A stretch of 64,000 bases of DNA, taken from positions 13,144,001-13,208,000 of the forward strand of contig OZ296656.1 of assembly GCA_965655095.1 (NCBI GenBank). The letters run 5' to 3'. This DNA comes from Haplodiscus bocki (lineage: Eukaryota). Position numbers and translations under genes: made by a program. This document shows, piece after piece, positions 36,141-48,150 of this stretch; within the stretch, counting starts at the first letter, position 1; each line of letters opens with the position of its first letter. The notes beneath the pieces were generated by a model. That model was not told where the DNA came from. It searched no databases and saw only the letters and a list, made by a program, of their open reading frames with translations.

Positions 36141-36681
36141 TTAAATGAGTTTTTCAAGTTGTTCGGCGTAAGCGAGGATAGTTGACAGAATGGTGAAGTC
36201 AATTTTTGTCGTTGGATGAATTCGGGCAAGGTCTTTGATGATGAACAAATTTTTCGTTTTTCGTTTTGACAAAATGGACTTCTTCACGTTCAGCGTCAGG
36301 ATACGAGTCTCACACAGTTTTTGAAACACGTCAGGAGTTCCGCAGCGTTTGCAGTACACAATTGCTGATATGCAGTGCTTGTAGTGTATTAGAATTCGCT
36401 GTAGCTGCTTTGGCGTCAATCGGGTTTTCAAGTATGAAGGGTGTCTGGAGAGAGAATTGTTGACAGTGTCGTGCCAGTTGATAAAATTTTTCATTCCTGG
36501 AAATCTGTGACAATCTTCCTTTTGACAGCAAGGTGGGAATAACCTCGAGGTCGTTTTTGTTGTTCTGATTGGACAAAAGACCAAGAATTGCTGTTATTGT
36601 TTCCTTCAGGGCTCACTTGGAGTTGTAGTCAAATTTTTTGATGACTCGGGAGAGTGATGAGGCGCCAAGAATATGGACCAT
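36141..36681 (-). pseudogene. SGNH/GDSL-esterase-like ORF upstream of LINE ORF1
   Basis: Manual: MVHILGASSL (block I-like)..*..TAILGL (II)..frameshift..WHDTVNNS (III)..ARIHP (V). Confidence 0.55.
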
Positions 36682-36859
36682 TTGTCGCTGAGGGGAGAAG
36701 ATTAGGGGGCCGCCACGGCTGCCCCAGTAATCATATTCCTGAAAAAACACTTTTTAATAAGTTTAATAAGTTTAACAATGAGAACGTTGGGCGAAACTCT
36801 CCCGTATTTCGGAAGGTTTATGGTTTTGTTTGACTGATCCGTCGAAAACCCAACTATTG

Positions 36860-39750
36860 CTGTTTTTTAAAAATACTGTCACTGTTGGTACTGACAAAAC
36901 AGGACACTGACTTTGCGACTTTGCTAAAGCTGTCGAATTTGACAATCGGGTTATGTTTATTGGTTATCAGACAGGTTTATTTTTGGGACAGATCATAAGT
37001 TACTCCTTTTATTGAAACTTTTAGTTACTTCTAAAAATTCTTTTTCGAGTATCTCGTGAATCTAATTCATACATACTGGAAAGAAGCTTCGATATCAGGA
37101 AGAGTTTTTCAAATTGTATATTCATTGGCAATGGGAGAATACTCATAAGTCATGAACGCCATTTTTAGCGATGGACGTGTCGAACTATCCAATGGCCGAC
37201 TTGACTTGTTTTAGCGCAATCCACACTTGGGACAAAACATGTTTCGGAAGGCCAAAATAAGGTCTGGACCAAAAGATAACCGGCACGATCGTGCTTTTGT
37301 AAATATCTAGCTTTGACATTCAACCCAGATTAGAATTATTTTTTCTGTTCATGTCGAAATCTTTCAAATCAATTGAACTGCTTTTGTCAATGTACGGACT
37401 CAAAGTGAGACCCAAGTCACAGTGTGATGCAATCATGGGAAGATCATTGTTGTCGAATTTGTAATCGAAATCACTACAAGTCGGTCAATTTCCATTTCTG
37501 TACACTTGCCGATGCTGAAAAACAACATGTTATCCTTTGAAATTTTCGAAACCGGCAGGAGAGTGTTTTAGTGGGGCACTCGTAATTCAATTTACCGTAG
37601 ACTATAATGGCAACTGTGAACTTTCACTAGAAATTTTTTTGACACAAAAGAGCGAATCAAGGTAATAAATGAGCTCGGGGGAGCAACCCTAAATACTCAC
37701 GGAACGTATTGTCAGTTCTTGTTGCCTTTTTGGAAATTCCATCGAATATTTGAAAAATTTCAACTGTGGTGACAATTTTTAGAAACAGTAAACAAGATTC
37801 GTTTTGAAATTTGGTGCCATACCTCTCCCTATCTACTTTTACGATATTCGCAACACTGTTTCCAATCCATAGGAAAACTTCCCTGAATAGTTGCACTACT
37901 TCTATTGGGGACAACAAAAGTGTGTCATTGTACTGTGATAAATGAACGGCCTGTGTTCTACGTTTTTTGACAACATTGTTTAGGTTTTTGGATATTTCAT
38001 TTGGATCGTTCATACGAGTTTTGCTAATTTTCACTTCGAAATTTCCTTCTCATTCCTAATACTAATTGTCATTTGTTGAGGAGTTTTTCGCCTTCAACTG
38101 CGTCATTGCTTGTTAGAAACTTTCTGCGAGTTTTACGTAACTTGATAAATTTTATCTTGAATTCGTTGATCAGTAATTTGTCAAACATGACCATCTCCTT
38201 TCTTTAGCACCGCACCTTGTAAGGGACGCCTCTGTTATTTAGATACCTTCTATCAAAAAGGAAACAGCATCGTTCAATTCGGGTGTCAAAATATTTGCTT
38301 GTCCAATTTATTTTGAAGCCGTGGCAGGGTTTAATATTGTTCTATTTCAATCTCGATACATAAAGTTTTCTTATAATTATTCCCACTTTTTTGGTTTTCT
38401 TTCTGGGTGATGAAACTCCACATCTGTACAAAAGTGATCGGATATAGTCAGTGTGATGACAACACAATAGGTTGCGCGAATTAAACCGTTGTGTATCATA
38501 TGATTAATTGTGTTCAATGAGTTTTCCGTAACCCTCGTTGAACACCATTCTGTTTGAGGAAGACCACAATAAAAGATGGTCTTCAGATATTTCTAACGTT
38601 TTGGAGAACGTTTCGAAATTTCAAGTGTCAAGTCACCCAGAATAATCCGAGGCACCCGAAAGGTAGAAGATTTTTGCAATTATGTAGCCCTTTTCTCCAT
38701 GAAAATAAAACATTCTCAAAACGAAAGTGAGTTATGGAAACAGAATTGTGTCAAAGTGTTGTTATTTGTTTCGTTTTCGAATAGCTCCACAGTCAAATGA
38801 TTTGGACGGTTTTGTGCTGGATACGATGGGTCAAAGCGAATTCAAACTCCGTCCTCGCGCAAAACACTAGAAAACGTACTACTTCATGGTAGCTAGGGAT
38901 ATGGAACCCTTAGAGTTGGGCGTCAACCTTCAACCAAGTTCTTCAGAGATAATTAAAAGACTGCTCGGTAACAATTGTACAAACTAGTGGTTGTAATCCA
39001 TGTTTTTTTTTCAGTGACGGAATGTTCCGACGTCACAACCAGCTGTTGTTTTCACGAAAAGTCTTATTCTGACACCTTTTTCAATATATAAGTGTTTTTG
39101 AGGGACATTTAAGTAATTTGACTTAAACTATTTCAATTCGTAGAGAAAACAAGGAGATCCTTTTTTGTAACTTTTAACAATTCTAGGAAACCAACATCTC
39201 AATAATACCCAAAAAGGCTATTTTTCTTCATTGACTGTTGATACTCCTCTTACACAAGGTTCGTGTTTAAAGGTTCAGAATATTTTTGCTCATAAAAGAG
39301 TGATATCATCATTTACAAAAAAGGTTGGAATGTCTCCACCGTCAACCAATTTAGCGCTTTTTTGCCATGATGAAAGATTTGCTTTTCCATTGGGCATAAA
39401 TAACCATGAGAGGTATGCGGTCACTTACGGAGATGTCAACCAATGAGCCACGATGCTGTCGTATTCGGATATAGCGATTCTAATTTCCGTTGTAACTTTC
39501 GTGAACCCTTCTTATGGTCCATCCTCTTCCTCTTCAGGCACCTCGAAGATCATAATCTCTTCACGTCTTCCGTACTGCTCGAGACAGTCTGCTTCTTTGA
39601 AGTTCAAATAATCTGCAACACAATCCATTGATAACTTCAGACTTTTAACTGCCTCAGCGACACAAAATCCAAAATAGAATATTGGGTGGAAAATTTTATT
39701 CCCGACTTCTGTTGCCGTCCATTACAACTGCATTACAACCCGCATTGCCC
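36860..39750 (-). mobile_element. Old, heavily decayed LINE (ORF1 + EN + RT remnants)
   Basis: DCLEQYGRREEIMIFEVPE (~39540-39590), DISVSDRIP (~39420), IILGDL (~38635), TRVT (~38510), NDPNEISKNLN..FLKIVTTVEI (37657-38034). Confidence 0.65.
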
Positions 39751-42599
39751 AGACATATACCTGTACAATAGTTTACAAACAAGCTACCATGGTTTGCAGA
39801 CATTGATGTATCGTTTTGATTAGAGTGCCTTGATAACAACTGAAACTACTTGATATGCATATCACAACAATTAGGCTGGTTCAATTTGGTCACGGACAAG
39901 ATGCGAAAAACTTTTTCACACTTCATCTAAAATTCTCAAAAACGTCATTACAGCTGCTTGCTGGCAGGAAGTCAATTGCCCTCGGGAAAGTATTCTGAAA
40001 GCTCCAAACTAATGTGGAAGACGTGTTTTCAATGGCCAAGCCCGATATGGTGTCAAAGACTGATCAGTTTTGACACCCCTTTTTACACGTTATGGTTTGA
40101 AAGCATTCTCCAGAAAGGTTTATCAGAGGATCAATTTTATTTCGGTTGCAATCCTTGTAAAAACTTTAGAAATCTTGTTTTCGAAGCCAATTTCTACTTG
40201 TCGCGTGTTCCATAAAAATCAAAATTTTTCGTCGAGTCCGAACAAAAAAGCAAGAAAATAGTTTTGACATACAACATCATAAGGTTCGAGCTGGGAAAGA
40301 CCTTGTGTGGAAATGGCTAAAACTTATACCCATCAAGCACACTGGTTTTTTAATAGACTGGCTGAAACAACCAGTTGGGCAAAAGTGAGCTGCTTGAGGA
40401 AGAACAGTAGTGATGAGCGTGCGAATTCTGGTCATACTTGCGTCTCACTGCCAAAAATTGCCACCCTCAAAGTTTTCAACAATACGAGTCTCATGATTTC
40501 TTTTTTGATCAATGTTCGAAACTAATCGGCTAGAGGCCGACATGAACGGAGTGTTTACAGCGTTCCCTGTGAAATCTCTGAGATCAAGGTTCTGAAACAA
40601 ACTTTTCGGTCCTTGTCCTCTGAAATAACTCGGTGATCGATCTCGCTGCCTTTCCAAATCGCGGTTTTACTACGTTATCCATTGCTGTCAAAAAAGTGTC
40701 ATGCACCCAATTTTTGACAGCCATAACATCGTTATCAATCTCCTTTCTAATCTTGTCCGCGATACTCTTTCCAATGACTTGAGCTGACTTTGCACTGTTT
40801 TAGCCAACTGAGGAACTTCCAAACTTTTTGATGCGACCACTGGTCAGAGGTTCCAACTGTTCATTTCCAATTGCGTCTGCATCGGTATTATTTCCAAAAA
40901 CGAAATCATTTAAGGTTTCGTTTAACTGACTAAGTTGTTTTCTGTACTGGTGGTTTTTTACGCGTAGAAAGCATTTTGCGTGAGTAAAAGTGCAAAATCA
41001 GCAAATTATAACAGAACAATCAAAAAAACTGAATTATCAATTTGATGTGAGTTCTGAATGTAAAAGGTCAACTGTTTTGCAGAACGTTCAACAAGGTTCT
41101 TATTGCAACTGTTTGGTTGCTTGATTGTAGGGATTCCAACTTCTTCTTAATTACTTCGTCATCTGGGATAACTGAGAGTCATTTCTTCTTCTCGTCATCC
41201 ATTCAGGTTTTCTTCGAAGATGATGTTATATGTGACACTACAACTGAAACTATAACATCAGAGGAAAGGTTACTGCCCTAACCTGACATCATGTTACGTA
41301 GTTCAAAAAAAGCATTTACATTCTGAATATAAAACATCACGGGGGAGAATACCTTTTTTGAAAGACATTCCAAGTATAAGTACTTCTGGTTATTTATGGT
41401 AGTAAAAATGGGTACTAGAACTTCATGTAATTTCACACGCACAGATAATTTCATGTGGACAAAATGGCGTCCTGATTTACTACGTTCAATGCGATCATTA
41501 CATAGCACCACATGGGGCTGTATGAAGGCGAATAATTTTATGTCTTAAAAAAATTTGACACAGTTCTGACATTAGTCGTCATACTTCTGCATTTATTCCC
41601 ACTTGTAGCATAAAACTAGGGAAAGGATTTTACACAAGTTTCTTTATCAATTTATATGTAGTTTTTCAATAGTTCATCGTCAGTAAGAATGTAAGACAAC
41701 GGTTGGCTAACTCGTGGTACTGGCATCATTTTTATGTCATTTCTTCTTTTTATCAATTTTCCGATCGTTGAGGTGATTTTGAGACAAGTTTGAACTGGCA
41801 GTGCGGCGGAAGAAAAAAGGCTTGGTTGCCGTCAACTACGTCAAGATCACGTCAATAGCACTTTTTACCACATGAGAGATAAAAAGCCCTTGTTCTATGT
41901 CAATGGTTGTTCACAGTAGCCTTAGCCAATAGGAGTTTGAGAAAGCAAAAAAAAAACAACTGAGTACAACAATATTACTTTGAACCTTCTTTCCTTCTTT
42001 TCACTTAAGTGTGCTTCATTTTGTTGGTGTTAGCATGGATTTATATTTGACGCAAAATATAACATATAGTTGTCATAGCCTTGAGGAAAATGATGCCTTC
42101 GAATAGGCACATAAGGGTCTCCGTTCTTAATATGGTATATTATGCCGGCACACGAGGCAGCCTGCAACATAGTCTACAAACCCAACCACTAAGCATTACC
42201 ACAATCCAACAACTAAATGACATTTTTTAATAATTCGTGTCAGAACCAGTGGCCGGCAAAAGATCTAGTACACTCTGTCATTCTTATTTTTCGTTTGCCT
42301 TCAAAGCAGGTTGAAGAACGGATTCGAAAACTCCAAAAATTGAAAATTTTCGAACGAATTACTAACTTCCCGGCTTTTTTGTTGTCAATAGCCGCTGATT
42401 TGCGTCAGCGGTTTTCACAGTCAAAGAATACCACCGCATTGATGAATACTGCCTCGGTCAATGTGGAACGCAAAACTTCAAAATATTGAGTGCGAGCATT
42501 ATCAAACAATTCTTAAGGCAGTTTCGTACCTTACAAAAAGTTCACAAAATTTTTCCCATAGAAATTTAAACGCAACCGTGTAATTTCCCTGATTTCTTC

Positions 42600-42900
42600 C
42601 TGACGAGAGCCCAAAGTTACAGAGTATGGCGGCGAACATTGTTTAGATGTCAAGTGGGAACATTATACAAACTTTACGATTTAGTAACAAGATGCCCTGT
42701 CGCTCTGCGATGTTTGTCGTTAAAGTTGTGCAGAAATGATGGGTGGAAGATACATCAAAGGATTTTGAAAGTTTATTTGGCTCACAATAAGTTGTCCTAT
42801 GAGACCTTGTTGGAAAAAGTCCATCAAAAAACTTTAGAAAATGAGAAGTTTGAATATCGCTAAAATACGACAATAATAGCACTTTTTTGAACTTTCGGCC
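42600..42900 (+). mobile_element. Decayed LINE ORF2 C-terminal fragment
   Basis: KIHQRILKVY..LSYETLLEK..TL resembles the post-RT region of CR1/L2-like elements. Confidence 0.35.
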
Positions 42901-44084
42901 AATCGTGGAAATCTATTGCTCCTGCAAGAATTGAGAAATTTCAGTTGGAAGTCCCTTCCACAGAACGAAAGCTGCCAATTGAAAACATCATATGGGAAGT
43001 CTGGTTGACAATTATAGCGATAAAAGAACTCAATGATCGGGATTTATCAAAATTGTTTGATTTCCTCGGCTTTTTTCTGTTTTTAGTGTTCTACGCAAGG
43101 ATCAAGATCCATGATTTTTCTTTTGAAACGTCCTCCTCAACTATAGGATTGTCGAACGGGCCATTGATGGAAGAATTCTCGAACGTCATAATGGAGAATT
43201 AGGAGTTTCAAAACCAAAAGTCCTTGTTAATAATAGCAGTTTTGCCATTTTCTGCCTGTCACGATGCAGACGCAGAGAGGAAAGAGATGATTTTTTCGAG
43301 AAATCCTCCTCTCGTATCAACTGTTGATTGAGACTTTTGCAGGAGAGAAGCAAAACGTGTGCCAGAAAAATGAAAAGGAAGTTCGAAATATGGCAAATTT
43401 ATCAGCAGTTTCTCGTAATTTCCGAGTTTCAGGCTTCCGACATTAAAAAATGAGATGTTTTCATGGTTACAGTCTTCTTTATGTAGGAAGCAGTTGCTTG
43501 AGATTTTCATGGACGAAGCCAAACCAAGACTTCATGAAGAATGTTTTAGACTATCGAAACACCGAACTGAAAAGAACCTTTTGATGTAATTGAAGTATAA
43601 AGAATACCACGGAAGGAACAAAGACACTCATCTTCGTTTGAAAAGTCATAGTAAGGTAAAAAAAGGTCAATTGAACCCGTGATGGGAAACATCAAGTTGG
43701 TTCTTTTGCATAATTACTTGTTCGAAAGACAAGATATGTAGCTTTTGAATAGCGTTTTTTGCATTTACGCCCGTCTTGATTCGGATGCGAAGAGAAGATA
43801 TTCAAAAATTTTTCAAATGTCCATCGTAAGAAAAAATTGTCCACTGAACCCCTGGTGAACGAAATGGATCATTTAGTTTTGAAGGAGAGGGAGTTTCAGC
43901 TTCCATGAAAAGTAAGGTGTTCCAGCAAAAGAAATCTCGAGGTTATTTTGTTATTTTTAGTTTCTGGGGATTGAGAGTAGTAAAAAACATACCGAGAGGC
44001 AGAGAAAAAATCAGTTAATTATATTGAAAAACAACTTAATAGCGGAAATTTTGTAATTCTTCCAAATTTTTCGAAAATCCTATG

Positions 44085-45130
44085 CCGCAACTACACTCTA
44101 CGTGTCTAAAGGAACAAAATGAGCGAAATTTTATGGAGAACTTTTCTCGAAAAACCTAAATTTTTTTCGTACTCTGAGCAAAACTTTTCCGCCATGGTTC
44201 TCAAAATTGTCTTCTATCCGTCCAGAGGAACATTTTTGAGAAGATTCATTGACAAAGTTTTTTGGGCGCAATTTTTTGGACTTTCAGCGCAAAATATTTC
44301 CTCAGGGTTCTCAAAAACTGTAGTCTTCGTCTCAAGAGTAGTTTTCAGTGTAAAACCTTGGGGTTTTCATCGAATGTTGGCCGGAAAAATATCCAATAGT
44401 TTTACCAAAACTGCACAACATGTGTCCATAGGAACACTTTGAGCTAAGTTTCTTCTGAAGACCACCTGAAGCAAGAAGCTGTCGACGGAGACCCTGATGA
44501 AAAGATTGAATCTCTCTGAAAAAACTGATTTTCAGCATTCATCGAAATCAAAATTCGATGTTCGTTTTCGCATGCAGGGATTGAAAAACTTGCTCTTGTT
44601 TTGTCAATTTTGGTTTTTGGGGTACCAGTATATTAAACAAACAAAGCAAGAGAGAGTTGTCTTTTTTTGTATTCAACTTTCTAAGGAAATAAATTTCCCT
44701 CAGTTTTTTTGAAACTCTTGTTTCGCTGCAGCTATACACTACGTGTCCAGGGGCAGATTATGAGCTCAACTTTTTGTGGAAGTTTTTAAAAAGGTAAATA
44801 AAGCGTACTTTGACCAAAACGTTTTCACCAGGATTGTCGAAATTGTACTCTAAACGTCCAAAGGAACATTTTCAGAGAAAAATTTCCCACAAAAGCTTTT
44901 AACGCAAAGTTTTTAGTCTTCCGGCGGAAAAAACCTCTGCAAGGTTCCCAAAATGTAGTCTACAAGTCCAGAAGAAGGTTGAGAGCGAATTTACAGGGTT
45001 TTTTGGACATTGGCCTATCAGAAATTTCCACCAGATTCGTCAAGACTGCACTCTAAGTATCCGGAAGAACTTTTGCGAGAAATTTTCTGGAAATGTTTCG
45101 ATTTTTGAAAAATTTTCGGACTTTGAATTA
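44085..45130 (+). repeat. Degenerate satellite, ~100-115-bp period, core ctacgtgtccagaggaacattt
   Basis: Core variants at ~44098, 44212, 44325, 44418, 44739, 44850, 44960, 45050; inverted copies at ~24800-24905. Confidence 0.75.
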
Positions 45131-46315
45131 TTCTCCTACCAGCTCGATTGGCTTTCATGATTACGGCCAGTCTCACACATACTCGATTGGCCTTTACGAT
45201 TAAAGTCATTTTCGAAAACTTTTGTGAAAAAGTTTGAGAATACGCTCACGACACAACCGCCGACCCATATTAAAGTCTTTCAAAATGATTTGAGAAAACT
45301 TTCGCCAGGCGGTGGCAGCCGCAAACCTTCAAAACTAATTTGAAAAGTTTCTGATCGTACAGAGAAGTTTCACAAAATTACTGCAAAAATACTGAAATAA
45401 GTGCTTCAGACTTTCCGAAGAAAACGACAAAACCTTCAGAAAAACTTCAGAGACTAATGAGAACAGAAAACTCATGGCCGTGATGAAAAAATCGTAGAAT
45501 AATTACAATTTGAGTGATAATCGCGAATGGGGAGTCCTTCTGAAGATATTTCCAATACTACAGTGCCAAAATCAAAAACTTGAAAAACGCAACAGCTTTG
45601 ATTTCGATATTACTCAGAGAGAAATGTCGCCAGTTGACAATCCATTCGCCACCCTATCACCGTATCAACCGAAAACCAGTCTCTGAAGTTGATAATCTTC
45701 AAGCAAATGCCAGTCAGAGTCTGCCAAATGACCATCTCGATGCCGGTCAGTAGTTAATTCCGGTGCAATAGGACTCAAAGTAAAAGATCTGAAAATTAAA
45801 TCAGAAATTCGACTTGCGTTGGATGGAAAAAAAGAAAATGTGACGAACGGCATGATAATTTCTTGAGATAAAAAAGATACCTCCTTTTTAAACATGAAAG
45901 CGCTCAACGCTGTTTACCACAAATTGATCTCGTGAACAATTTGTTGGACTGGAAAACGAACCAACTCCATGCAATAGAACATCAGAAACTGAACTCCAAG
46001 AAAAAAAACAAGGATTTCAAAGGCTATGGTGGCATCTGCAGCTCCTCAAACTTCTACGGAGGCAACACATAGGCCGCATAACAAAGACAAAAAGGCCTAA
46101 TTATCTGTTCTTATTTACAAAAATCGAGCAACTTCGATATCCAGTCGAAAAAAGAAACCAATACCTCAGGGAGGACCATCAAATTCATCAGCTCGGATCT
46201 CCACCTTTTCTGACCTTCTAGACATGATAATTTTTCCGGAGCATCCACCGGCAAAACAATTTGGCAGTTGGTTTGTTGTCCAACAGAATTTAAGGAAACC
46301 ACCTGCTCCCAAAAC

Positions 46316-48150
46316 GGTTACATGTCATTTCGTCCTACGCCATTTCAACCGCTGCAATTTCAACCGTTTACACTTTCGACCGTTCTCACTTTCAACCGCT
46401 GGCCTTTTCGACCGCTTGCAAATTCAACCGCTTGCAAAATCAACCGCCACAAATTCGACCTATTTAATTAAGTTCAAGGTTATTCAATTTTTTAAAGACG
46501 TTCGAAAACAAGTAAAGTAATTATAGAATCAATTAAACTTCATCAATAAGACAGTGTTAGGTAATTTCCAAAGGTCATATTGGACAAACTACCATATGTA
46601 CCAAACTTGAAAATGATGTTTCTGAACGCCATTAGGAAGAAATCAGATGCAATTAGCATCTCACTAGGACAACAAACTCGAAGGGACTTTGATTTCTTGT
46701 CACCGGCTTTGAACATTTTTCTAAAGGGTTAGCCAGCCCGTAGTCCAAATGTACTTCCGATCTCACAAGAGACAATGTCTCTTGGATTAAACTGTACAGC
46801 CAGTCATGTTAATGTTCTGAGACGCACTCCGGGAGGCTGCAAGGAGGCGTCAAGACAAAAAATCAAACATCCCTTCACGTAATGATTGTTTTTTCTGCGA
46901 AAAAAAAACAAAAACGGAATTTTATTCAGAAGACAAAAAAAGAATATTTACAGAAAAAAAACATACTAAAAATGTCTAAACGTTTTTTATCTAAATTTTG
47001 CTACTGCTCTGAGATATGGCACAGCATTTTCGAACTCATAAGTGCTTTGGATATTTTGCATCTGTTTTTTTATTTTTTCGTATCGGGGGCGCTTGGAGCA
47101 CAATAATCCGGCAGTTTCTTGAACATATTTAAACTTCTGCATTTTCGAATCCTTTTCCAAGTTCCGTAAGAGCAACCAAATATTCGGCGTAGAACCACTA
47201 AAATACGCCTGCAGTCCGTAATGCCAGCCTTCTACGCTATTTGTTGTCCGGGCTACCCCCTCTCCTGCTGCATCGTACTGGTTCCACATTTCGATTGGAA
47301 AAGGCGGTTTCTTATTAACAATTGGGTTTTCTATATATGTACTTTTGAAATATATTGCAAGCTCATCCATTTTTTCGACGACACTTTCTTCGAACTGTTC
47401 ACTCTCGATAACGTCTGTTATTTCCTCAATAACAAGCTCAAAAGTAAGCTGAACTGCATAATCATCCGAAATCTCGTATATTTCATTGGCAATTGCCACA
47501 GTTGGTGTTGAATATTCGGCTCTTCTTTTAATTTGGTTCACAATTTCTTTCGCTTTACATTCGCCGGGGTCGCATTCGTGATTATGGGTACCTTTTGTTT
47601 CGATGACAGTTTCGTTTTTAGTTTTCAAGATTGCGGGACATTTCAACTTATAATATTTTGTGCAACGCCAGTGGATACAGTTATTAGTTGATTGTTTCTG
47701 ATTATATGAGTGGCCGTCGTGAAGTGCAATTTTTCCGCCTCGGTTTGATTCTATAATTTGAACTTGCATTTTGGAACGTCTGATGGGTGCTGCTACTGGA
47801 AAACTGAATGGCTCAAAATTTTTACACAATTTCGATTACGATTAGGTGCGAACGGTGTCAATTTCCTATCATCGGTGTGTAAATTGCTGAATCCGGTAAC
47901 TACGACGCTTTTATATTCAAACCTTATTTTAATTATTACGTTTAAAAAGGATTAATCTTAATTACACTTAGTTACTGTAATTAATTGATTACTATATAAT
48001 TGAAGCGGTTGAATTTGCGGCGGTTGAAATTGCATGCGGTTGAAATGGCACGCGGTTGAAAGTGTGAAAGGTTGAAAGTGTGAACGGTTGAAATTGCAGC
48101 GGTTGAAATTGCAGCGGTTGAAATGGCATAGGACGAAATGTCCTGACACC
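46316..48150 (-). mobile_element. Mutator-like (MULE) DNA transposon, internally deleted
   Basis: ~150-bp TIRs (GG..CATTTCGTCCTA.GCCATTTCAACCG) made of ~15-bp TTTCAACCG subrepeats; 8-bp TSD CCCAAAAC at 46308-46315 and 48151-48158. Confidence 0.92.
46987..47769 (-). CDS. FLYWCH domain fused in frame to C-terminal part of a MULE transposase
   Basis: SNRGG..GHSY..WRC..KCPA..HNH (FLYWCH); YFKSTYI..FPIEMWN..RTTNSVEGWH; central DD-containing core absent. Confidence 0.85.
   Translation of the reverse strand: MQVQIIESNRGGKIALHDGHSYNQKQSTNNCIHWRCTKYYKLKCPAILKTKNETVIETKGTHNHECDPGECKAKEIVNQIKRRAEYSTPTVAIANEIYEISDDYAVQLTFELVIEEITDVIESEQFEESVVEKMDELAIYFKSTYIENPIVNKKPPFPIEMWNQYDAAGEGVARTTNSVEGWHYGLQAYFSGSTPNIWLLLRNLEKDSKMQKFKYVQETAGLLCSKRPRYEKIKKQMQNIQSTYEFENAVPYLRAVAKFR

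Larger units (their letters stand above)
32030..36830 (-). mobile_element. Near-full-length CR1-type LINE with three ORFs, decayed
   Basis: SGNH-like ORF, PHD-finger ORF1, APE+RT ORF2; (TTA)n-like tail at ~32030-32046; 5' boundary approximate. Confidence 0.9.

Noticed and set aside
39950-41250. Possible decayed LTR-retrotransposon integrase fragment
   Set aside because: Only faint words (DVMAVKNWV); catalytic motifs could not be reconstructed.
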